Part shown: piece by piece, positions 54,862 through 64,000 of the stretch
Position numbering within the stretch: position 1 is the stretch's first letter
Layout of the letters: each line of letters starts with the position of its first letter
NCBI GenBank assembly: GCA_964016885.1
Contig: OZ024740.1
Coordinates: 26,722,001 to 26,786,000, forward strand
DNA from: Eledone cirrhosa
Lineage: Eukaryota
Direction: 5' to 3'
DNA: 64,000 nucleotides
The notes under the pieces: model-generated
The model's input: only the letters and a program-made list of their open reading frames with translations
Told to the model about the DNA's origin: nothing
The model's database searches: none
Translations under genes and position numbers: made by a program

Positions 54862-57741
54862 GGTACAAATTGTTGTCCTTGAATGCACGTAGTCTATGCA
54901 ATAAGATTCATCTTTTTGACTCCTACGTCAAAAGTATCAACCCGGACTTCATTACAGTCACGGAAACTTGGGCACATCCCTTACTCTGCGATGGGGTTTT
55001 CAGCATGACTGGCTACAACCTGTTTCGTAAAGACCGCATTAATCGTCGTGGTGGTGGTGTAATGGTCTACGTTCGGTCAAATCTGTCGGCAATTCCTTGT
55101 GCTGATTTGAACCAATCACAGCAGGAAGTTTTTTTCTGCGATATACGTATGGACATGTCAACACTGCTACTTGGAGTCGTTTACCGTCCCCCAAATTACC
55201 ATCAGGACACTCAACTTTGTGATATCCTCCGAGCTGCTGCCAAGAAGACAGCCACTTATGTTTTCATTGCAGGTGACTTCAATAACCCTGAGATTGACTG
55301 GGAGACCTTTCGTTGGCCGCCAAGTGCAAATGACTTCCTTGAGCTGGTGCTGGACTCGAGTTGGTCCCAGGTGGTCACCTCCCCAACGAGAGGTGACAAC
55401 ACTTTGGACCTACTCTTCACCACTACTCCTGAAACGGTCATTAGTGTTACTGCTGAGGAACCTTTAGGTGACTCTGATCATGCTATGATCATTGCCAATC
55501 TATCCCTCATGGGCAGTAACAAGAACCACAACCATCTCCAAACTGCTCACTTTGACTGGAATAAAGCAGACTGGAACTGTTACTGCACCAAGTTGCAACG
55601 GCCAAACTGGCTTGAGTTCTACGACTCTGGAGATGTCAACACTGTACTCCAGAACATCCTGAGCTCAATATGGACAGCATGTGCAGCATCGGTGCCACGT
55701 AAGCAGAAAAAACATCCCAAAAGCGCAATTTGGGAGACTGCAGCAGTCCGTCTTGCCAGAAAAGAACGGCACAATGCTGAACGTGAGTACAAACTTCACA
55801 AATCAGACATTAATAGGAAGAAGCGAAATAGATCGTCCAACCACCTCAAACAGGTGACAAAAAAGGCAGTGCTTCAATTTTAGCAGCGCATAGCAACCAG
55901 CCCTGACAGTAAGGTGTTCTGGAAGTATGTTCACTCAAAGCAGAGGCCTCACTCTCCAGCTGGTCCTCTTCGCAATCCCCACACAAGCCAGGTTACTGAC
56001 GACCCCAAGGAATGCGCAGAGCTCATTGCTGAATGCTATGCAGGCATTTTCCCTATTGAAGACCAGAGTGTGCCATCTCCACCACCTATGTCACCGGACT
56101 CTATTACAACCAGGGAATTTACACCTGCAATACTGCGACGTCACCTAAAAAATAAACGCAACCATGCCTCTCCTGGTCTTTATGGCGTTACGTACCTGCT
56201 TCTTAAACATGGTGGGTACTTCCTTCTACACCAGTTATCACGCTTCTTCCAATTCTGTCTGAACAACAGTGCTACTCCAGAACAGTGGAAAACTGCCAGT
56301 GCCATTCCTCTGTTCAAAAAGGGTGACCGCACATCACCTGTGAACTATCGTCCAGTCAGTCTTACTAGATGCATCGCCAAACTGATGGAATCCTGTGTCA
56401 GGGAAACACTTTGGAACTTCTGGAGCTCTCAGTCTTATCCCGCCCTCGCAATTTGGATTTATCCACAACTCCAGCTGCTGTGATCAACTTATAGAGTTTC
56501 TTGAGGACATCACCCGGATCACTGATGGCGGCTCATGGGTTGATGTTGTTTACCTTGACTTTGCGAAGACCTTCAATTCTGTGCCACACAAAAGGTTTAT
56601 GGCAAAACTCTCTGCAATGGATGTGAAGGATGATCTTTTTAACTGGTTGAAGTCCTTCATTCTCAGTCGAAGAGAGGTAGTCACGGTTCTGGGACAGCAT
56701 TCCTCACCATATGAGATGTCATCTGGTGTACCACAGGGATCTGTTCTTGGCCCCCTTTTGTTTGTGGCATATATTAATGACATAGATGCCAACTTAAGGA
56801 ATGCCACAGTACTAAAGTACGCAGACGACATCAAGCTGTACCTTGAGATAAAAAGGACAGATCCTGAACACTATAGATCTTGCTTGCAGTCTGACCTGGA
56901 CACAATGCAACAATGGATCTCAGACTGGCAACTCAAGCTAGCTGTGGATAAGTGCACCACCATGCAGTTTGGGAGTAAAAACCCAGCGTCCACATACTCC
57001 CTCCACAGCACTAATATCAAGAAGTCTTCCTGTGAACGTTACCTGGGCATTACGGTCAGCAGCGATTTGCGTTGGACGAGGCACGTCTCTAAAATTGTCA
57101 AGAAGGCCGAGGGTGTCTTAGCATCACTCAGCAAGACCTTTGTCAGCCGCTCTCCAGATATCTATTTAAGGCTGTATACAGCTATGGTGCGACCACACTT
57201 AGAATTTGCATCACCAGTCTGGAACCTCTATCTTGCTCAGGACATTGACCGCCTGGAAACTGTTCAGAGACGTGCAACCAAGCGAATACCCTCCATCAGG
57301 CATCTACCATACTCTGAGCGCCTTGCTTCCCTGGGCATGAATTCATTGAAGCTCCGACGCCTGGCAACTGACTTGGTAAACACCCACAAAATTGTTAACC
57401 ATGTTGCCAACAACAACCCTGAGTACATTTTAGATTTCCATGTGTCTAACACACGTGGACATGCCCACAAAGTAAGAAAACAGCACAGTTCCCATGACTT
57501 TCGGAAACATTTTTTCACGCTTAGAGTTGCTGAAGCATGGAACAAACTCCCTGCATCAGTTGTTAGCTGTCGAGACACTGCATCCTTTAAAGCCTCCATG
57601 CTTCCCGAGATCCGCCAACACTACAGCTAACACATAAACATATGTACTTCCCTGACATTTGTGTATTATTCTATGTACTATATTGACGAGTTGTGGTGCA
57701 CCTGAGCACTTTACACAATAATTTCATTATTTTTGTTTTTT
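54862..57741 (+). mobile_element. CR1-group LINE with near-complete ORF2 (APE endonuclease plus RT), a premature stop and a frameshift
   Basis: LNARSL.NK, VTETW, GGGV, YRPP, GDFN, LDL, SDH (APE domain); NYRPVSL, YLDFAK, GVPQGSVLGP, YADD, VRPHLE, ETVQRRA, FF..RV..WN.LP (RT). TAG at 55881 and frameshift at about 56430. The 3' UTR ends in an ATT/T-rich tail. Confidence 0.93.
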
Positions 57742-60700
57742 TATAAGATGAGAGAAGTCTGTCTAAATATTCCCATACATATGTAGATATAATTTAAGAG
57801 AAGTCTGTCTAAATATTTCCTTACATATCTAGATATAAGATCAGAGAAGTCTGTCTAAATATCCTCTTACATATCTAGATATATTATAAGAGAAGTATGT
57901 CTAAATATTCCCTTACATATCTAGATATAAGATGAGAGAAGTCTGTCTAAATATTCCCTTACATATATAGATATAGGATGAGAGAAGTCTGTCTAAATAT
58001 TGCCTTACATATGTAAGGTATAAGATTGGAGAAGTCTGTATAAATATTACCTTACATATCTAGATATACGTTGAGAGAAGTCTGTCTAAATATTTGCTTA
58101 CACATCTAGATATAAGATATGAGAAGTCTGTATAAATATTTCCTTACATATATAGATATAAGATCAGAGAAGTCTGTCTAAATATTTGCTTACATATCTA
58201 TATATAAGATATGAGAAGTCTGTCTAAATATTTCCTTACATATATAGATATAAGATCAGAGAAGTCTGTCTAAATATTCCCTTACATATATATATATTAG
58301 ATGTGAGAAGTCTGTCTAAATATTCATTTACATATGTAGATATAATTTGAGAGAAGTCTGTCTAAATATTTCTTTACATTTCTAGATATAAGATTAAAGA
58401 AATCTGTCTTAATATTTCCTTACATATCTAGATATAATATTAGAGATGTCTGTCTTAATATTTCCTTACATATCTAGATATAAGATGTGAGAAGTCTGTC
58501 TAAATATTACCTTACATATCTAGATATAAGGTGAGAGAAATCTGTCTGAAATATTCCTTTACATATCTAGATATAAGATGAGAGAATTCTGTCTAAATAT
58601 TCCCTTACATATCTAGATATAATATCAGAGAGGTCTGTCTAAATATTCCTTTACATATGTAGATATAAGATCAGAGAAGTCTGCTAAATATTCCCTAAAC
58701 ATATCTAGATATAAGATGAGAGAAATATGTCTTAATATTCCCTTACATATCTACATATAAGATGACAGAAGTCTGTCTACATATTCTCTTGCATATGTAG
58801 ATATAAGTGTAGAGAAGTCTGTCCAAATATTCCCTTACATATCTACATATAAGATGACAGATGTCTGTCTACATATTCTCTTACATATGTAGATATGTGG
58901 AGAGAAGTCTGTCTAAATATTCCCTTACTTACCTAGATATAAGGTTAGAGAGGTCTGTGTAAATATTACGTTACATATCTAGATATAAGATCAGAGAAGT
59001 CTCTCTAAATATTACATTACATATGTTGATATAAGTTGAGAGAAGTCTGTCTCCATATTACCTTACATATGTACATATAAGATGAGAGAAGTCTGTCTAA
59101 ATATTACCTTACATATCTAGATATAAGATGTGAGAAGTCCGTCTAAATATTCCCTTACATATCTAGATATAAGATCAGAGAAGTCTGTCTAAATATTCCC
59201 TTACAAATGTAGGTATAAGATGAGAGAATTCTGTCTACATATTACCTCACACATCGAGATATAATATCAGAGAAGTCTGTCTTAATATATCCTTACATAT
59301 GTAGATATTAGTTGAGAGAAGTCTGTCTAAATATTCCCTTACATATCTAGATATAAGATTGGAGAAGTCTGTCTAAATATCCCCTTACATATCTAGATAT
59401 AATATCATTGAAGTCTGTCTTAATATTTCATTACATTTCTAGATATAAGATGAGAGACGTCCGTCTAAATATTCCCTTACATATCTAGATATAAGATCAG
59501 AGAAGTCTGTCTAAATATTCCCTTACATATGTAGATATAAGATGAGAGAAGTCTGTCTAAATATTCCTTTACATATGTAGATATAAGTTGAGAGAGGTCT
59601 GTCTAAATAGTCACTTACATATCTAGATATTAGATGAGAGATGTCTGTCTAAATATTCTCTCACATATGTAGGCATAATATGAGTTGTATGTCTAAATAT
59701 CCCTTACATAACTAGATATAAGATGAGAGAAGTATGTCTAAATATCCTCTAACTTATGTAGATATAAGTTGAGAGAGATCTGTTTAAACATTTTCTTACA
59801 TATCTAGATATAAGATGAGAGATGTCTGTCTAAATATTCCCTTACATATATCGAGATATAAGATGAGAGCAACCTCTCTATATATTACCTTACATTTGTA
59901 GATATTCTAAATATTCCCTTACATATGTAGATATAATTTGAGAGAAGTATGTCTAAATATTCCCTTACATATGTAGATATAATTTGAGAGAAGTATGTCT
60001 AAATATTCCCTTACGTATGTAGATATAATTTGATAGAAGTCTGTCTATGTATTTCCTTACATATCTAGATATAAGATCAGAGAAATCTGTCTAAATATTA
60101 CATTACATATGTTGATATAAATGTTGAGAGAAGTATGTCTCAATACTCCCTTACATATGTATATATAAGATGAGAGAAGTCTGTCTAAATATTCCCTTAC
60201 ATATCTAGATATAACATCAGAGAAGTCTGTCCAAATATTCCCTTACATATCTAGATATAAGATCGGAGAAATCTGTCTAAATATTCCCTTACATATGTAG
60301 ATATAAGTTGAGAGATGTCTGTCTAAATATTTCCTTACATATCTAGATATAAGATCAGAGAAGTCTGTCTAAATATTACATTACATATATAGATATAAGA
60401 TGAGAGAAGTCTGTCTAAATATTCCCTTACATATCTACATATAAGATGAGAGAAATCTGTCTAAATATTCCCTTTCATATGTAAGGTATAAGATGAGAGA
60501 AGTCTGTCTAAATATTCCCTTACATATGTAGATATAAGGTCGGAGAAGTCTGTGTAAATATTCTCTTACATATGTAGGCATAAGATGAGAGGTCTGTCAA
60601 AATATTCCCTTACATATGTTGTTGTAAGATGAGAGAAGTCTGTGTAAATATTCCCTTACATATATAGATATAAGATGAGAGAAGTCTGTCTAAATATTCC

Positions 60701-62406
60701 CTTACATAACTAGATATAAAATCAGAGAAATCTGTCTCAATATTCCCTTACATATCTAGATATAAGGTGAGAGACGTCCGTCTAAATATTCCCTTACATA
60801 TCTAGATATAACATCAGAGAAGTTTGTCTAAATATTACCTTACATATCTAGATATAAGGTGAGAGAAGTCTGTCTAAATATTCCCTTACATATCTACATA
60901 TAAGATGAGAGACGTCCGTCTAAATATTCCCTTACATATCTAGATATAAGGTCAGAGAAGTCTGTCTAAATATTCCCTTACATATGTAGGCATAAGATGA
61001 GAAGTATGTCAAAATATTCCCTTACATATCTAGATATAAGTTGAGAGAAGTCTGTCTAAATATTACCTTACATATCTACATATAAGATGAGAGAAGTCCG
61101 TCTAAATATTCCCTTATATATCTAGATATAAGGTGAGAGATGTCTGTCTAAATATTCCCTTACATATGTAGACATAAGATGAGAAGTCTGTCAAAATATT
61201 CCCTTGCATATGTACATATAAGATGTGAGAAGTCTGTCTAAATATTCCCTTACATATGTAAATATAAGATGAGAGAAGTCTGTCTAAATATTACCTTACA
61301 TATATTGATATAAGATGAGAGAAGTCCGTCGAAATATTCCCTTACATATGTAAGGTATAAGGTGAGAGAAGCCTGTCATAATATTTCCTTACATATCTAG
61401 ATATAAGATCAGAGAAATCTGTCTAAATATTCCATTACATATTTAGATATAAGATGGGAGAAGTCTGTTTAAATAATACCTTACATAAAAGATGAGATTG
61501 AGTGTAATGAGTGAACGGAACTATCTTTAAATAGAAGGCAATGATTTGTCAATATTTTCTGAGATATTACTTCTTTTAAGTATCCTTAATCTATTATTTC
61601 CTGCCTCAACCCGACATTCACTACACACATCATACTATATATACACTTAATTATTTTGAATTATGTCAAGTTGTTTATTGTGCGCTTCTATGTTTATTTA
61701 TTTCATTAGGTTATTAACTCTATGAGTTATTCTCGTCACAAAATTGTCTCAATTATTTCTTCTTTTCTTAAACTATATTCAACTTTTATATATATTTTCA
61801 TCCTTAACCTGCGGTAATATATTTGTTTATCTTCTCCTTGGATTCTATCTCGCATCAATATTTTGACTACGCAGTTTTAATTTTTGTGTTTGTTTATTTA
61901 ACTTTTTTTATGGGGAAGTGGTCGCATTTCTCTCCATCATTTTTATTGATCGCGATTTTGCCATCAATTACTAGAACTTGTTTTCATTTTACTTTTCTCC
62001 TTCCTAATTTTTCACAGATCGTGCTCTTTCTAATTTCGTGTTTCGCGTTTTTTCTTTGTTTTTAATAATATATTTTCCCTGTTATTTTAGATTCCTTATT
62101 ATTTTGACGTATTTTCATAAATTCTTCTTCCTTGGTTGTCATTTATATTTTATTCCATTTGGTTTCATTGAGGATTTTATTGTCGTTATTTTCATGTTTT
62201 CACTGCCAATTTAATGCCTTATTACAAGAATTTCTTTTGCAAATTAAGTGATTTTTATCACTTTCGCTAAACTTACATTTAGTGCATCTTTAACTTATTT
62301 CACGTTTAATATTCTATATATTGATATCCTGTCTCTATCAAACACATCAAGAATTGATATTTAAAACACACAAAAAATAACAAAAATTCAATCATAAACA
62401 GAACAT

Positions 62407-62487
62407 TTCTTCTTCTTCTTCTTCTTCTTCTTCTTCTTCTTCTTCTTCTTCTTCTTCTTCTTCTTCTTCTTCTTCTTCTTCTTCTTC
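62407..62487. repeat. (TTC)n microsatellite; further (CTT)n at 63200-63279 and (CTA/CCA)n at 63322-63498
   Basis: Direct trinucleotide runs. They explain the poly-L, poly-T and poly-V pseudo-ORFs. Confidence 0.97.
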
Positions 62488-62625
62488 CATGTTTGTTTTA
62501 TTAATCTTGCAGATTTTCCTACAATCGTATAATTTATCTTCTGCAGCTTGGATTTAGTTGTGTACAAATATATTTATGTTAAATATTTTTATCAACTTTA
62601 GTTTATAATGGTTCCTAGGTAATTG

Positions 62626-62688
<63 letters not shown>

Positions 62689-62770
62689 CATACATACATA
62701 CACACACATGCATGCACACACATACACACACACACGCACACACACGCACACACACATATATATATAGTAT

Positions 62771-62801
<31 letters not shown>

Positions 62802-62842
62802 ATATATATATATGTTTATAAATATAAATATACATATATATG

Positions 62843-62900
<58 letters not shown>

Positions 62901-62934
62901 GTACATACACATAAATATAAATATACATATATAC

Positions 62935-62978
<44 letters not shown>

Positions 62979-63436
62979 TTGTATTTACTTATGTATGTGA
63001 TGTAATATATTGTAGTTAGCTCACGTTTCCTTGTGACATGTCATGTGACAGCTATTTATGTTCCTTCAACTCCATTATTCTTCTCTTCCTATATTTATTG
63101 TTTTAGACATGTGATTGAATTAAACTACTATATTCCTTCTATCCACCTCTTATACTTCTTCTCCTTCTCTTTCTCCTCCACCTCCTCCTTTTTTCTCCGC
63201 CTTCTTCTTCTTCTTCTTCTTCTTCTTCTTCTTCTTCTTCTTCTTCTTCTTCTTCTTCTTCTTCTTCTTCTTCTTCTTCTGTCAATCTGTCATTACCGAT
63301 ATAGAAGCAAAACAACAGCGTCTACTACTACTACTACTACTACTGATACTACTAGTACTACTACTCCTACTACTTCTACTACTACTACCACCACAACCAC
63401 CACCACCACCATCACTACTACTACTACTACTACTAG

Positions 63437-63469
<33 letters not shown>

Positions 63470-63497
63470 CACCAACACTACTACTACTACTACTACT

Positions 63498-63658
63498 AGA
63501 GCAAGATGGTTAGATAACATCCATAAGCTTGGCGGTTCTAGTTTGGGGATCCAGCTGCATCAGTTTGAGACAGTTGCTTCTGACAGGACCCGCTGGAAGC
63601 AGTGTTTGAGGACTTTGCCCCACAACCCTCTAAGGAATATGTGGGTGAAGAAGAAGAA
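63498..63658 (+). pseudogene. Extreme 3' fragment of an RTE-like LINE
   Basis: RARWLDNI..ASDRTRWKQ resembles the RTE C-terminal RW.D / A.DR..W motif and is followed by a (GAA)n tail. Confidence 0.6.
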
Positions 63659-64000
63659 TTCTGTCGTATCTGACGGTTGTAACATTTGTAGAGATCCTAG
63701 TGTCCATTCTCAAAGCTACGCCCTACGTGGAATATATACAGGGAAAGTCATAAATAAATAGGCAGTATTGTTTAAAATATAGTATTTGGACTGCTGTTTA
63801 ATTATGACACATCGTTAGTTTAAATAATGAGGCATGTTGAATTATTTTGTACAGTAATTCCTAATGAAGTCGTAGGTGTGCCGTATTGACATACAAGGAT
63901 TGCGAGTGACAGAAAGAAAGTGCGAAAGTTATATAGAGGAAACATCAACACCAGTACTAGATCGCTCATTTTTTTTATTGACCGGATGAAAAGTAAAGTT

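Larger units (their letters stand above)
43085..61486. repeat. 46-bp tandem satellite, diverged, several hundred copies, interrupted by SINEs and a LINE
   Basis: Unit GAGAGAAGTCTGTCTAAATATTCCCTTACATATCTAGATATAAGAT. Period checked at 43981 to 44027. Internal palindrome ATATCTAGATAT. Confidence 0.98.

Noticed and set aside
63033-63761. 242-aa ORF with poly-L and poly-T resembling a mucin or membrane protein
   Set aside because: It is built from (CTT)n and (CTA)n microsatellites plus an RTE 3' fragment.

Overview
AT-rich animal genomic DNA made almost entirely of repeats. No intact host protein-coding gene, rRNA, tRNA or CRISPR array could be supported. The SINE cores, CR1 tail and extreme (TA)n density suggest a mollusc, probably an octopod cephalopod (inference). 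Two large satellites dominate. The first is an 83-bp array at about 13.4-24.5 kb. The second is a 46-bp array at about 43.1-61.5 kb that contains a 3,885-bp tandem duplication, four SINE copies and a near full-length CR1-type ORF2. Other relics include Tx1/L1-, CRE-, Ingi/Vingi- and RTE-like LINE fragments, three non-autonomous Helitron-like elements and a Tc1/mariner-like MITE. The main hidden signal is a set of more than a dozen Penelope-like (PLE) derivatives from at least eight sequence families. Most sit beside (TA)n tracts, carry type I hammerhead ribozyme (HHR) motifs and have fold-back inverted architecture. One family has a U3-A8 covariant HHR core, and several inversion junctions map inside the ribozyme itself. 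All coordinates were read by eye and may be off by a few bases.
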